This document shows, in pieces, positions 1-10,722 of a DNA stretch of 64,000 nt. Where the stretch lies: positions 334,958-398,957 of the forward strand of contig CP129472.1 in the NCBI GenBank assembly GCA_030583725.1. The letters are read 5' to 3'. The DNA is from a bacterium (lineage in GTDB: Bacteria > Patescibacteriota > Microgenomatia > UBA8517). A program made the translations under genes and the position numbers. How positions within the stretch are numbered: the first letter of the stretch is position 1; every line of letters begins with the position of its first letter. Under the pieces are notes generated by a model. That model searched no databases and had not been told where the DNA came from. It worked only from the letters and a program-made list of their open reading frames with translations.

Positions 1-1
1 A

Positions 2-220
2 GGGCAAGTTCCATACACAGTGGCACTTGTAAAACTTGATGAAGGCCCAATGCTTACAGCCCAATTAACCGATGTTGACCAAAACGACATTGAAATTGGA
101 ATGCCTGTTGAGATGGTTACCAGAAAGATGAAAGATGACGGTGATGAAAGAGGTTTAATTGTATATGGCTATAAATTTAGGCCCGTTTTACAAACGGATT
201 CTTCCAAGTTTTCCAGATGA
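2..220 (+). CDS. C-terminal fragment of an OB-fold (DUF35-like) protein; the gene starts upstream of the window
   Basis: The frame is open from the window edge with no upstream stop. The C-terminal pattern (PMLTAQLTDVDQNDIEIGMPVEMV...GLIVYGYKFRPV) resembles DUF35 OB-fold domains. The ORF track calls only the GTG-initiated part. Confidence 0.35.
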   Translation, partial: GQVPYTVALVKLDEGPMLTAQLTDVDQNDIEIGMPVEMVTRKMKDDGDERGLIVYGYKFRPVLQTDSSKFSR

Positions 221-1322
221 ATAAGTTATAGACTGTGTAGTTGTATATCAAAACAAAGATAAGGGCAAATAGTAGCGAAGCAAGCCTGATAATTGATGTG
301 TCTCCAAATAGGTATGTTCCCAAAGAAACAATTAATGGTTGAAATATAACTGCAAAAATTGAGGTTAAGTTAAATTTGCCAAATTGAACCAAAATATCTC
401 TAAATCTTTTGATTTCTTTATCTTTAAAGGTCCATATATTATTGAATGTAAAGTTGGAGATTATTGCTAATTCTGTGGCAAGTAACGTAGACCAGTATGT
501 ACTAAGTCCAAACATTTTAAGTAATTCCAGACCCAAGTAATTAACAATAAACCCTGTCCCACCAACTATGCCAAATTTAATAAATCTCATTTTGTCTTTT
601 ATACCTAAAATAATTGCAACTTTAAATGTTGCTATCATTTCTTTTGGATTAAATTTTGATTTCTCCATTGTTCTGGGGGCAAATTCTAAAGGTACCTCAA
701 CGGTTTTCTTTGATAGCTTGACTGACTGATATAACAAGTCAACTTTATATGCAAATCGGTCTAGCTCCATTAAGTTTTCTAAGTCAATCTGATCTAGAAC
801 ACCTTTAACTTTTGTAAGCCTGAAACCAGTAGTCAAATCGTGTAGTGATGGTTTTAACAAGACAAGTCTAATAAAAAGGTTTCCTAAATATGAAACGGCC
901 TTTCTTGATAGTTGCCATTCTTTTGGTACTGAACCCCCTTTAATGTATCTACTGCCAATACAATATTCAGATCCAGCTAAGTAACTGTCGACCATCGGTT
1001 TGACAAATCTTGGTGGATGTTGAAAATCTCCATCCATCTCCATGACCGCATCAGCTTTTAAATTATTAATTGCATACTTAAAGCCTGTTACATAAGCCCA
1101 ACCTAAACCTTTGTTTTGTTGTTGGATAATCTCTAAATTTTTGTATTTTCTGGCAAAGTCCTTGACCACACCTTCTGTGCCGTCGTTTGAATGATTATCA
1201 ACAATCAATAGGTGCATTTCAGCCTCAATTTTTGGAAAATGAACTTCGAAAAGCTCATCAATCATTTTTTTAACGTTATGAACCTCATTCCAAACGGGTA
1301 TAACAACTGCAACTTTTAACAT
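177..1322 (-). CDS. GT2 glycosyltransferase (dolichyl/polyprenyl-phosphate mannosyl/glucosyltransferase-like) fused to a GtrA-like 4-TM C-terminal domain
   Basis: An N-terminal VAVVIPVWNE...DGDFQHPP motif is characteristic of the GT2_DPM type, and there are C-terminal TM helices. I trimmed the start to Met77 of the tracked ORF (MLKVAVV...) because the upstream extension overlaps trmD and is non-coding-like. Confidence 0.8.
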   Translation of the reverse strand: MLKVAVVIPVWNEVHNVKKMIDELFEVHFPKIEAEMHLLIVDNHSNDGTEGVVKDFARKYKNLEIIQQQNKGLGWAYVTGFKYAINNLKADAVMEMDGDFQHPPRFVKPMVDSYLAGSEYCIGSRYIKGGSVPKEWQLSRKAVSYLGNLFIRLVLLKPSLHDLTTGFRLTKVKGVLDQIDLENLMELDRFAYKVDLLYQSVKLSKKTVEVPLEFAPRTMEKSKFNPKEMIATFKVAIILGIKDKMRFIKFGIVGGTGFIVNYLGLELLKMFGLSTYWSTLLATELAIISNFTFNNIWTFKDKEIKRFRDILVQFGKFNLTSIFAVIFQPLIVSLGTYLFGDTSIIRLASLLFALIFVLIYNYTVYNLFIWKTWKNPFVKRA

Positions 1323-1344
1323 ACTTAAATGATACAATATCATT

Positions 1345-1983
1345 ATGCAAATTGATATAATCACACTTTTTCCGACAATGTTTGAAAGACCAATGAATGA
1401 GTCAATTATGTGGAGAGCACAAGACAAGGACTTTTTAAAATTAAATGTTGTAGATATGCGTGAGTTTGGAATAGATGAAAGAAGAACAGTTGATGATAAG
1501 CCGTATGGGGGAGGAGCTGGTATGATAATTCGTGTTGACGTTGTAGACAATGCCCTAAAGTCACTCGGTGTAAAAAAGGGCGACCCAAATACAAGAATAG
1601 TAGTACTAGATGCTGGTGGAGAAAAATTTAATCAATCTAGGGCATACGAATACTCAAAACTTGAAAAACTTGTACTAATTTGTGGTAGATACGAAGGAAT
1701 TGACCACAGGGTTCATGAAAATTTAGTTGATGAAGTTGTGTCTATTGGAAATTATGTTTTAACGGGAGGTGAAATCCCAGCAATGGTTATAGCCGATGCA
1801 GTTACAAGACTTATTCCAAACGTGATTAAACCAGAATCTCTAGCTGAAGAATCACACTCTGGTTTCGATTCTGAATATCCTCAATATACTCGCCCTGAAG
1901 ATTATAATGGTTTAAAAGTCCCAGAAATATTACTTACAGGAAACCATGGTGAAATTGAAAAGTGGAGAAAAAGTAATCAATAG
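1345..1983 (+). CDS. trmD: tRNA (guanine37-N1)-methyltransferase TrmD
   Basis: MQIDIITLFPTMF start, GGGAGMI motif and RYEGIDHRV motif; length 212 aa. Confidence 0.9.
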   Translation: MQIDIITLFPTMFERPMNESIMWRAQDKDFLKLNVVDMREFGIDERRTVDDKPYGGGAGMIIRVDVVDNALKSLGVKKGDPNTRIVVLDAGGEKFNQSRAYEYSKLEKLVLICGRYEGIDHRVHENLVDEVVSIGNYVLTGGEIPAMVIADAVTRLIPNVIKPESLAEESHSGFDSEYPQYTRPEDYNGLKVPEILLTGNHGEIEKWRKSNQ

Positions 1984-2864
1984 GAAGACAAAAATACTAC
2001 CCTTACATATCTCACTATCTTAAATAAGTTAATCCCTAAAACTACGAAATAATTAAACAGAAGTGGATATTTATTCCACAAATTTTTTCTGTAAAACAAT
2101 TCCATTGATGCAACCCCTGCAAGTCTAATTTTTCTTCTTTGGGCATCAGTTAACTTGTGTCTCCATTTTTTAACCTTACCCTTAGTAACACCTTTTAAGT
2201 GGGTAATATATACGTCTGGATAATAAACTAACTTATATCCTGTTTTGTGAATTTGATAACAAAGATCAACGTCTTCCCCATCAAAAAAGTATCTTTCATC
2301 AAACCAACCAACTTTATCCAAAAGTTTTTTGTAAGTTAAGAAAAATGCACCCTGAATTGCTTCAACCTCATGTGTTGCCGTATCTGGAATATAGTCATAG
2401 TAATAATCATGGCTTCTACCCAAAACTAATTTATTAAAAGATACCCAGGGGGTAGGAAACTTCCTCCTGACATCTTTATCCATACTGCCATCCTGCAGAA
2501 TTAGTTTGCAAGTGACTGCTCCCACCTTTGGGTGTTCTTCAAGATATCTTACGGTTCTTGCAAAAACATCTTTGTGAACTAACGTATCAGGATTTAAAAA
2601 CAAAACCATTTCCCCATTAACATATGGTTTTGCCCTATTGTTACCTTTTGAGAAACCTTCGTTTGGTCCTTCTATATATTTAACCCAAGGAAAATTCTTC
2701 TTTATCATTTCTGGACTGCCATCATTTGAGGAGTTGTCAGAAACAATAACCTCCATTGGGACTTCGCCCATGTTTTCTTTAACAGATTTCAAACAATCTG
2801 ATAAAAGTTCCTTTGTGTTGTAGTTTAGAATAATTATAGACAACTTTGGTTTGTGTGATTTCAT
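1977..2864 (-). CDS. GT2 family glycosyltransferase
   Basis: LSIIILNYNT...VSDNSSNDGS...NPD and a DxD-like DGED motif; classic GT-A fold signatures. Confidence 0.8.
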   Translation of the reverse strand: MKSHKPKLSIIILNYNTKELLSDCLKSVKENMGEVPMEVIVSDNSSNDGSPEMIKKNFPWVKYIEGPNEGFSKGNNRAKPYVNGEMVLFLNPDTLVHKDVFARTVRYLEEHPKVGAVTCKLILQDGSMDKDVRRKFPTPWVSFNKLVLGRSHDYYYDYIPDTATHEVEAIQGAFFLTYKKLLDKVGWFDERYFFDGEDVDLCYQIHKTGYKLVYYPDVYITHLKGVTKGKVKKWRHKLTDAQRRKIRLAGVASMELFYRKNLWNKYPLLFNYFVVLGINLFKIVRYVRVVFLSSY

Positions 2865-2928
2865 AAGTTATATTGTTTCAGTTTTTATGTTATTTTTCAA
2901 GAGCCTAGGTATGTTACAATAACACTGT

Positions 2929-3771
2929 ATGAAAAAGATACTATTATCTGTAGTAATTGTAAATATGAACACGCGCGACCTGACTGTGGGTTGCATTAGA
3001 TCAATTCAAAAAGAAGCTGGCAGTATTCCAATTGAAGTATTACTTACAGATAATGGTAGTAGTGATGGCTCTGTTGAAGCTTTTCAAAAAATTTCCAAAG
3101 AAAAATTTTGGAATGGTAAGTTTACATTAATTCTAAATGACACAAACACTGGTTATGCTAAAGCAAACAACCAAGGTATACGAAGAGCTAAGGGAAAATA
3201 TGTATTACTTTTAAACAATGACACAATCGTACACAAAGACGCACTTCAAAACCTGATTAAGTTTGCAGAAAAAACTGAAGATGCAGGCGTTATAGGTAGC
3301 AGATTATTAAATATAGATGGAACACTACAAATGTCTTGTTTTAACTTTCCAACAGTTAAGAACGCTATCCTTGAGTATTTTGGAGGAAGAAAAGGGTTAT
3401 TTGACAAGTTTGCGCCTCTTGGAGATAAACCAACAACAGTTGATTCCGTAGTTGGAGCAGTATTTTTAATGACACCCAAAGCTATTAAGAAAGTTGGAAT
3501 TTTGGATGAACGGTATTGGGCCTATTTTGAAGACATAGATTATTGTAGACAGTGCTGGAAAAATGGACTTAAGGTTTATTATCTTCCAGAGTCAGTAATC
3601 ACACATTACCACGGGGCAACATTCAAAAAGATGGCGAATGAAGCCGAAAGATGGAAAAAACTAATTCCATCAAGCAAAATTTATCATGGATTTATAAATC
3701 ACTATATAATCAATGTAATTCTTTGGTCTGGTCAAAAATGGCAAAAATTACTTTCAAAATTAAACAAATGA
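2929..3771 (+). CDS. GT2 family glycosyltransferase
   Basis: LSVVIVNMNTRD...TDNGSSDGS...LLLNNDT...FEDIDYC motifs. Confidence 0.8.
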   Translation: MKKILLSVVIVNMNTRDLTVGCIRSIQKEAGSIPIEVLLTDNGSSDGSVEAFQKISKEKFWNGKFTLILNDTNTGYAKANNQGIRRAKGKYVLLLNNDTIVHKDALQNLIKFAEKTEDAGVIGSRLLNIDGTLQMSCFNFPTVKNAILEYFGGRKGLFDKFAPLGDKPTTVDSVVGAVFLMTPKAIKKVGILDERYWAYFEDIDYCRQCWKNGLKVYYLPESVITHYHGATFKKMANEAERWKKLIPSSKIYHGFINHYIINVILWSGQKWQKLLSKLNK

Positions 3772-4703
3772 AACTCAAACAAACAGACATCGAAATTTCT
3801 ATAGTAATCGTGTCGTCTCAAATTAAATACCTTGGTGGCTGTTTAAAAACTTTATATTCAGCACTAAAAGGTATTCCTAATGAAATAATTATTGTTGACA
3901 ATGCTTCAGTCGATAAAATTGGCGAACAAATTAAGAAACAATTTTCAGAAGTAATAATAATAAGAAGAGAAGTAAATGGTGGTTTTGGTGAAAACAACAA
4001 TATGGGAATGAGAATAGCAAAAGGTAGATATGTATTACTTTTAAATGATGATACAGAAATAATTGATAAAAACATTTTCAAAGAAATGATTGAGTGGATG
4101 GATTCTCATCCTAAAGTTGGTCTTTCTAGTTGTGCGTTAGTAAACCCAGATCTCAAGAACTACCAAGGATCAGGTGGATATTTTCCTACTCTATTAAGAG
4201 TTATTGCGTGGATGACTTTTATCGACGATATTCCATACCTTGATAACATTATTAAACCATATCACCCAATGCATTCTTCTTCATTTATTCACACTAATGA
4301 AGATTATTACAAAAAGGCACATAAACAAGACTGGGTAACTGGAGCATTTTTCTTTATGCGTAAATCAGCAATGGATGAGGCGGGCATATTTGATGAAAAG
4401 TTTTTCCTTTATGTGGAAGAGGTTGAACTAGCATACAGATTTTACCTAAAGGGTTGGGAAACATGGTACTTACCAAAATGGAAAACTGTTCACTATGGAA
4501 TGGCCACAAACGGAAGTGAAAAAGCGACAATTATGGAAATGCAAAACCTTAGGTTATTTTATAAGTTACACATGCCAAAATGGCAACTTCCTATATTAAC
4601 CGGAGTACTTAAGTTTGGAGTTTTATTAAGAATAATAATTTATACTATTTTTGGTAAATTAAATATTACAAAAATTTATTTGAAGGCTCTAACTAGCTTC
4701 TAA
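3768..4703 (+). CDS. GT2 family glycosyltransferase
   Basis: ISIVIVSS...VDNASVD...LLLNDDTE...YVEEVELAYR motifs. I set the start at the ATG that overlaps the previous stop codon as ATGA; the tracked ORF's N-terminal extension is in the previous gene. Confidence 0.75.
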   Translation: MKLKQTDIEISIVIVSSQIKYLGGCLKTLYSALKGIPNEIIIVDNASVDKIGEQIKKQFSEVIIIRREVNGGFGENNNMGMRIAKGRYVLLLNDDTEIIDKNIFKEMIEWMDSHPKVGLSSCALVNPDLKNYQGSGGYFPTLLRVIAWMTFIDDIPYLDNIIKPYHPMHSSSFIHTNEDYYKKAHKQDWVTGAFFFMRKSAMDEAGIFDEKFFLYVEEVELAYRFYLKGWETWYLPKWKTVHYGMATNGSEKATIMEMQNLRLFYKLHMPKWQLPILTGVLKFGVLLRIIIYTIFGKLNITKIYLKALTSF

Positions 4704-4710
4704 CAAGTAT

Positions 4711-5640
4711 TTATCTATATTTCCACTGACCCATGCCTTTTCTACCTAATAATGCGTCTATAGCTCCCCATTTTTGCCAAGTTCTGCCCGTGAATATTTG
4801 TCTTACAGTATCTCTTAATACCGCAAATTTTGTTCTTAATGGTGAGTATCTCATTGAGTAGTAAAATCTATTTCTAATTAAAAAATAATCATTTGTAGGG
4901 CTTCCTGATCCACCAGTTGAAGCTGATACCTTATGCCACATCCAAGTGTCTGGATAATACATTACCTTATATCCTGCACGTATTACTCTTTCTGAAAAGT
5001 CTGCATCTTCCCAATAAAGAAAGAATGATGCATCTAAAAGTCCAACTTTCTTAAATACTTCTCGCTTTACTATTACACATGCTCCATTTGCCACATCTGT
5101 TTCTTCAATCTTGTCGTATTGTCCTTTATCAATTTCATCTACACCACGATGTGATGTGTATACATTATGTTTATCAATTATGCCACCTGCGTACCATAAA
5201 ACATTTCCCTTTTCTGAAGTTTTATATCTATCTTTATGAAATTCATATCCTTTAGCAAAGTACATCTTAGGTGACGCTATTCCAACTTCAGGATTTTTTT
5301 TCATATAGTCAACAAGTTTAACAACAATATCTTTTTGCAAAATCAGATCATTGTTCATTAATATTATGTAATCAAATTTACGTCTTACAGCGTCTTTAAT
5401 CCCCACGTTATTTCCACCAGCGAAACCTAAGTTTGCACCGCTTTGAATGAACTTATACTTCATATTGGATAATTTATAATCTTTTAAAGCTTCTTCAGTG
5501 CCATCAGGAGAACCATTATCTACAATCATGCATTCAACATCCAAATTTCCTGTATCTAGTTTAGCTACATCCAAAAGTTGCTCCTTTGTCATACTTAAAG
5601 CATTTGTGGTTAAAATAATTATGGAGACTTTAGTTTTCAT
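4711..5640 (-). CDS. GT2 family glycosyltransferase
   Basis: VSIIILTTN...VDNGSPDGT...LMNNDL...YWEDADF motifs. Confidence 0.8.
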   Translation of the reverse strand: MKTKVSIIILTTNALSMTKEQLLDVAKLDTGNLDVECMIVDNGSPDGTEEALKDYKLSNMKYKFIQSGANLGFAGGNNVGIKDAVRRKFDYIILMNNDLILQKDIVVKLVDYMKKNPEVGIASPKMYFAKGYEFHKDRYKTSEKGNVLWYAGGIIDKHNVYTSHRGVDEIDKGQYDKIEETDVANGACVIVKREVFKKVGLLDASFFLYWEDADFSERVIRAGYKVMYYPDTWMWHKVSASTGGSGSPTNDYFLIRNRFYYSMRYSPLRTKFAVLRDTVRQIFTGRTWQKWGAIDALLGRKGMGQWKYR

Positions 5641-6542
5641 AGTTTGGATACAAATTCATCTATCATTTCTTTCCATGTTGGAAGTTTTATACCAAGCTTT
5701 TCTTCAGTTATTTTAGTTTGGAGTCCTCCAAGCCTCGGTCTTGGTGTTCTTCCTTCTGCTTTCAAAAATTCTGTCATAGATCCTTTTTGAACAACACCTT
5801 CTACTTTTCTAGCTTTCCAAAGTAAATACTCAACAAAGTCAAATGGTGTTGTAGTATCACTGGAAACTAAATGAAAGACGCCCTCTAGCTCATTATCTAT
5901 AATCTTGGTCATCGGTTCAACTAAATCATCGACGTTTAAAACACTTAAAATTTGGTCAGTAAAAATAGGAAACAATTTTCCTTCATCAAACAATTTCAGA
6001 TAGTTCTTGGCGAAATCCAACTTTGCTTCATATAAGGAAGGGTAAAAGGGATAGGCTATTCGTACTACTGCAAATCTTGCTCCTGATTCCCTAGCTAATT
6101 TTTCAGATCTATTCTTGGACCATCCATACCACCCAATTCCACTATTCTCTTCTGGGAGAGGAGTATTTTCTGAATAGGGCCCAGGATCGTTTTCAGTTCC
6201 CTTAAACACAAAGTCTGTAGATATCTGAATCAAAAAACGATCATGCTTTAGACACACTTCAGCTAAGTTCAGGGGTCCTACAACATTAAGCTTCCAAGTA
6301 AATCCATTTTCATCTCCTCGTTCTTTTTCAGCACCGTCAACGTTGGTGACTGCTGCAAAATTTATAACCGAGTCAAAGGAATTATCATTAAAATACTTGT
6401 TTACTGCATCACTATTTGTAATATCCAAGGTCTTTTCATCAACGGCAATAATATCTAATTCAGATTTTACAAGTTGTACAAATCTAGAACCAACTAACCC
6501 TGTTGCACCAACTACTAATACTTTTTTCATTCTATGCATCAT
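5637..6542 (-). CDS. rfbD: dTDP-4-dehydrorhamnose reductase-like NAD(P)-dependent epimerase/reductase (RmlD family)
   Basis: KVLVVGATGLVGS Rossmann motif, YSENTP/YGWSK catalytic region and a length of ~300 aa. It overlaps the rmlC-like gene by 4 nt. The real start may be the MKKVLVV Met 4 codons in. Confidence 0.65.
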   Translation of the reverse strand: MMHRMKKVLVVGATGLVGSRFVQLVKSELDIIAVDEKTLDITNSDAVNKYFNDNSFDSVINFAAVTNVDGAEKERGDENGFTWKLNVVGPLNLAEVCLKHDRFLIQISTDFVFKGTENDPGPYSENTPLPEENSGIGWYGWSKNRSEKLARESGARFAVVRIAYPFYPSLYEAKLDFAKNYLKLFDEGKLFPIFTDQILSVLNVDDLVEPMTKIIDNELEGVFHLVSSDTTTPFDFVEYLLWKARKVEGVVQKGSMTEFLKAEGRTPRPRLGGLQTKITEEKLGIKLPTWKEMIDEFVSKL

Positions 6543-7126
6543 CCTTTGGATGTAAATTTTTCTGGAAAAGTCTGTCTTAATGTTTTATTTGTTTTATCTC
6601 TTTCAGATAAAATTGGGTCTTTAATTGGCCATTTAACGGCCAGGTCAGGATCGTCCCAAGCAACACCTGAGGCCTTAGTATCATCCCAATACTCATCAAT
6701 TAAATAAAAGTAATGCATCATTTCATTTCCTGGTGTACATATTGAATTACCAATTCCTCCTTTTGGAAGAAAAAGTGCGGTTTTAGGTTTTGTGTCGTCA
6801 GTGTTATCTATTTCAATTATTTCAACTTTTCCAAAAGTCTTTGATTCAGGTCTTAAATCAGCAATCGGTGCAAACAACTTGCCGGTTACTGGGTATATTA
6901 ATTTATTCCAGTCTTCTCTGTGAAATGCCTTGATAACTCCAGGTTTTATATACGCATGTGTCCACTGTACAGGATTAAACTCAACTCCTGTTGCCACCTT
7001 AAGCTCTTCCTTGTTATATGGTTCATATACAAAACCCCTACTATCACCCATCACAGGTCTTTGTATCAAGACTACTCCCTCGATAGATGTCTTGATTATG
7101 TTTTTCTCAGGGTCAAAACGCATCAT
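6539..7126 (-). CDS. rfbC: dTDP-4-dehydrorhamnose 3,5-epimerase-like cupin (RmlC family)
   Basis: About 195 aa with a GDSRGF-type motif (MGDSRGFVYE) and a cupin beta pattern. It is adjacent to the rmlD-like gene. Confidence 0.7.
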   Translation of the reverse strand: MMRFDPEKNIIKTSIEGVVLIQRPVMGDSRGFVYEPYNKEELKVATGVEFNPVQWTHAYIKPGVIKAFHREDWNKLIYPVTGKLFAPIADLRPESKTFGKVEIIEIDNTDDTKPKTALFLPKGGIGNSICTPGNEMMHYFYLIDEYWDDTKASGVAWDDPDLAVKWPIKDPILSERDKTNKTLRQTFPEKFTSKG

Positions 7127-7181
7127 ACTAAATTGATTCTAATGTATATGTATATAAGTTTCAATTATTGAATTGTTGAAG

Positions 7182-7784
7182 TTAATCTAATTTTGAAATT
7201 TTAGATAATGCCTCGTCAGCAGATACACCACTAGATAACGAGCTTTTTAAGATATCCACAGCAGCCATTGTTTGACCCAACTCATTACCCGTCTCTCCCA
7301 CCTCATTAAATCCTGAATCTTTTATGACAACAGTCACATCAAAATCCGCCTTAAGTTGTTGATTCAATCTGTCAACTTCTACCCCAGATGTAAGAGATTT
7401 GGGTAAAGTATCATTTTCAAACGCCATCAAAAGTACATTAAAATCGTCATCGGACACCTTTTTAATTAAAGGTACCCCGCACTTAATTAACACATCCAGT
7501 AACATCAATTTATGCATTCCACTTTCAGAAATACTTGTTTCTTCAAACGTCTTAGAATTATTATCAATGACTTTATTAACTACATCTAAAAATCTAGATA
7601 GCCTTTGGGGATGAGTAGACTTAGTATCATATATGGCTAACATATTTGATCTAATTGTTGATATTTCTGGATCAAGTTTTCGTTTTAATTCATCGCTATA
7701 TCCAAATACCTGCATCGAAATTGGATTCAACACACTCTTTGTAGCCTCAATTTGTCTGTCCAACTGTTCTCCTAAATTCTCCAT
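7182..7784 (-). CDS. hypothetical protein
   Basis: A 200-codon ORF with ordinary composition and no motif I recognise. Confidence 0.45.
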   Translation of the reverse strand: MENLGEQLDRQIEATKSVLNPISMQVFGYSDELKRKLDPEISTIRSNMLAIYDTKSTHPQRLSRFLDVVNKVIDNNSKTFEETSISESGMHKLMLLDVLIKCGVPLIKKVSDDDFNVLLMAFENDTLPKSLTSGVEVDRLNQQLKADFDVTVVIKDSGFNEVGETGNELGQTMAAVDILKSSLSSGVSADEALSKISKLD

Positions 7785-7851
7785 AGTAGAATTATATCAC
7801 AACTTCGTTATTCAAAATATTTAGCTCCAAGGTCCTGACTAAATATCAAAT

Positions 7852-9033
7852 TTATAACTCCTCTCTTTTAATTCTCAAAAATATTATTGGCAAAATAAAC
7901 AACAAAGTTGAGATTACTAAAACATAGTTTATATTTATATTTGCCAAATATCCAATTAACAAAAGTAGCGGGATATCACTTATATTTTTAATGATATTTA
8001 AAGTTGACGTAGCTGTTGCTCTATTGTGTGATGGTATTCTTGATTGAATTTGAGCCATAAATAATGGATCCCTAACAACTCCTACTGTAAAAAGTACAGT
8101 ACATGCTAGAAACAAAATTGTGAGGTTTGATGTTAATAATGTAGACACAACTGCTATTACACCCAAGATTGGAGGATAAAACATAAAGTTGGCTTTACCC
8201 ACTTTGTTTTGTACTTTTTCAGTATTCCAAAACAGCAAAAAATTAATTCCCTGGAAAACTGTATAAAGTACACCTAAGTAAATAATTGGCATATCAGCGT
8301 TTTTTAATAAAACCTGGTAAATTCTCCAAAAAACAAAGCTTGCCTGAAATACAATTATCTTATTTAGTGCAAACTTTAAAAGAATTTTGTCGTCTTTGAT
8401 TAATCTAAGCCCTTCTTGTATTAAACCAAGTTTATTAACCTTAATTTCTTTAACATGTGGCTCAGTCAAAAACAAGGCAATGCCCATAGATATAATTGTT
8501 CCGATAAAATCAATTCCAATCAATATTAAAAACTGACTTGGTAGAAGTCCTTTGGCAATTATGGAACCTATTAACGGCATTATAACTTTGGGTAAACTAG
8601 CTGAAGAAAAATATTTTCCTGCTACTCTGTTTGCATTTGATTCTTCACCAGTTTCCTTCAATGAGTCATATAGTAACGCATGATCTGCACCTGCAAAAAA
8701 TGAATAACCCGCAGCACCTACCATATATGCAAAGATAAAGGTTAAAAAAGTAGATGCATTAAAGAGCATCGCTGTCGAGACAGCTGTTAACAGAATTCCC
8801 AAAATAATTAGTTTTTTACGTCCAAACTTATCAGCTAAAAAACTTGAAGGAACATCACAGATAAAGGAAGTTATTGTCCAAACCAAACTTAAATACACAA
8901 TCTGACCTAAATCTAATCCCCGTGATAAATAAAATAATTGAATAACAGAATTTAAAGATTTTAATTCCACAAAAAACCGTGTTCCAAACATCAGTCTTTT
9001 ATTTAATTTTAAAGCTTTAATTCTTTGTTTCAT
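7852..9033 (-). CDS. MFS transporter
   Basis: About 12 predicted TM helices, a DKFGRKK motif in the loop 2-3 position, and a length of 393 aa. Confidence 0.75.
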   Translation of the reverse strand: MKQRIKALKLNKRLMFGTRFFVELKSLNSVIQLFYLSRGLDLGQIVYLSLVWTITSFICDVPSSFLADKFGRKKLIILGILLTAVSTAMLFNASTFLTFIFAYMVGAAGYSFFAGADHALLYDSLKETGEESNANRVAGKYFSSASLPKVIMPLIGSIIAKGLLPSQFLILIGIDFIGTIISMGIALFLTEPHVKEIKVNKLGLIQEGLRLIKDDKILLKFALNKIIVFQASFVFWRIYQVLLKNADMPIIYLGVLYTVFQGINFLLFWNTEKVQNKVGKANFMFYPPILGVIAVVSTLLTSNLTILFLACTVLFTVGVVRDPLFMAQIQSRIPSHNRATATSTLNIIKNISDIPLLLLIGYLANININYVLVISTLLFILPIIFLRIKREEL

Positions 9034-9043
9034 GTAAAAAGAA

Positions 9044-9805
9044 TCAACTTACAGATAAGATAGTTAAGGCAGATAGAGTAAAACCATCTTTGAATTCATA
9101 TTCCTTTCCATCTCTATCCACGTATTTTTGATTTACTATCACCTCTTTTAATTCTTTTTTATCCAAAAATACAACACCCCGAATTGCTTCTGTAACTTCG
9201 TATTCAGGTTTTCCAGTAAAATTTATTTCAACTTTGTAAATAGGAACAACTGAAGACAAAACTCCAGAATCTGGACAAACTGATCCAACTTCTTTTGGCT
9301 CACCAATTATTTCTGCGCCTATCTCTTCAGAAAGTTCAGTCTTTACAGTCTTAAGTAAACTGTTACCTATATCTTTATTTCCTCTAGGAAATTCCAAGCA
9401 CCAAACTTTTGTGGCGTTTCTAAAGTTTTTCAAAAATACGTATTTTCCACTTGAAGTAATAGGAGCCACAACACAACCAGCAAAACCAGAATCAAGTGTT
9501 CCCCAGGATATCCAACGATTAAAAACTGTGTACGAACCATTCGGTAAGCGAAGTGGCTCATGAATTGAAACGCCCCATCTATTTTCATCAAAAATTCCAA
9601 TTTTTGATCTTTTTTCAGCATCAACCCCTGAAGTACCCGTCTTGACCATAATCGCGACAGATCCAGATTCACACTGTGGAAATAAGTTTACATCAGAAAC
9701 AACTTCAATTTCACCTTTGGAATAATCACCTTTATACCCTAAGTTATTTTTATACTTTTCTACAAAATCTAAATATGCTTGATATCTTGTTTTTGAATTT
9801 TTCAT
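9044..9805 (-). CDS. hypothetical protein with possible degenerate Nudix box
   Basis: RGNKDIGNSLLKTVKTELSEEIGAEI approximates GX5EX7REUXEEXGU with R replaced by T. Confidence 0.45.
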   Translation of the reverse strand: MKNSKTRYQAYLDFVEKYKNNLGYKGDYSKGEIEVVSDVNLFPQCESGSVAIMVKTGTSGVDAEKRSKIGIFDENRWGVSIHEPLRLPNGSYTVFNRWISWGTLDSGFAGCVVAPITSSGKYVFLKNFRNATKVWCLEFPRGNKDIGNSLLKTVKTELSEEIGAEIIGEPKEVGSVCPDSGVLSSVVPIYKVEINFTGKPEYEVTEAIRGVVFLDKKELKEVIVNQKYVDRDGKEYEFKDGFTLSALTILSVS

Positions 9806-10002
9806 TTGAAGTTATTATATCACTTGAAGATTTGTTCTTGCCGTGCGATATAGATTTTTGATTGAGTTTTTAATTCAATTTTATTTTCTATACCGCACTG
9901 GCAAAACTTCGTGAACCCCCACCACCTTTGATTCGACAGCGCAATCGCCACCAAATTTTTTTGAGGCGGTGAGGGCCAGAAGCGGTCCGAACAAATTATT
10001 AC

Positions 10003-10722
10003 TTACTTAAGCGGTTTGGACGAGATACATCCAAAGTGTTTGGCAGTGAGCCAAAGCGCGGAATTGACAAGAGCGTCAGGACCAACAGGGAAATCTCCCA
10101 GCGGATAGACGTCACCAGCCAAAACTGCATCGTGAGTACCATCGCCGATGGGCTCGCCCGCGCGCTTGAACTTGGCTACGAAGACTTCGTTGCAAGTTTC
10201 AACCCATGCGCGATTGGGATTGTGAATACCCACCAATTCGACTGAGGATTCCTCCACTTCGATTCCGGCATCCGCGATCAATCCTTCGAGTGCAGTCGCC
10301 GCGGGATTCTTCCCAACTTCCTTCGCCCATTTGCCAGTCACGCCAACAACCTGCATTCCTTTTTCGCCTGAGCGATGATCGTACATAAAAGGACGGGGTT
10401 CATTGACGCTGTGTACCCAGAGTTCACCATCGCGATCTTCGATCACAACCACCATGGCGTTGGGAGTAGCATGGCCCCAAGGGTCATTGACATCCATCGC
10501 GCCGTCGGTGCGTTCGATCTGGTCGAAATCAAAACCGATGATTTTACCCTCGGCGTCGACTTCAACCTGTGCAACATGACGGGAAGCGGAAAACGGGCTA
10601 ACAAAGCCGGCGACAGATCCGTCGGGAGTATAAAACGGGCGGTGCCCATTCTTGGACAACTGTTCGGCTTTCGCCAAAAGCAGCTCTTGCGGGACTTCGT
10701 GGAACGGGACGATTTTTTTCAT
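10003..10722 (-). CDS. hypothetical protein in a compositionally foreign high-GC (~50%) segment
   Basis: A clean 239-codon ORF whose codon usage is GC3-rich, unlike every other gene in the window. No family was recognised. Confidence 0.6.
   Translation of the reverse strand: MKKIVPFHEVPQELLLAKAEQLSKNGHRPFYTPDGSVAGFVSPFSASRHVAQVEVDAEGKIIGFDFDQIERTDGAMDVNDPWGHATPNAMVVVIEDRDGELWVHSVNEPRPFMYDHRSGEKGMQVVGVTGKWAKEVGKNPAATALEGLIADAGIEVEESSVELVGIHNPNRAWVETCNEVFVAKFKRAGEPIGDGTHDAVLAGDVYPLGDFPVGPDALVNSALWLTAKHFGCISSKPLK

Noticed and set aside
1323-1550. The ORF-track N-terminal extension of the GT2 gene (MSTTSTRIIIPAPPPYG...) overlapping trmD.
   Set aside because: The extension is antisense to trmD coding sequence and has low-complexity, Pro-rich composition. 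The glycosyltransferase fold starts at MLKVAVVIPVW.
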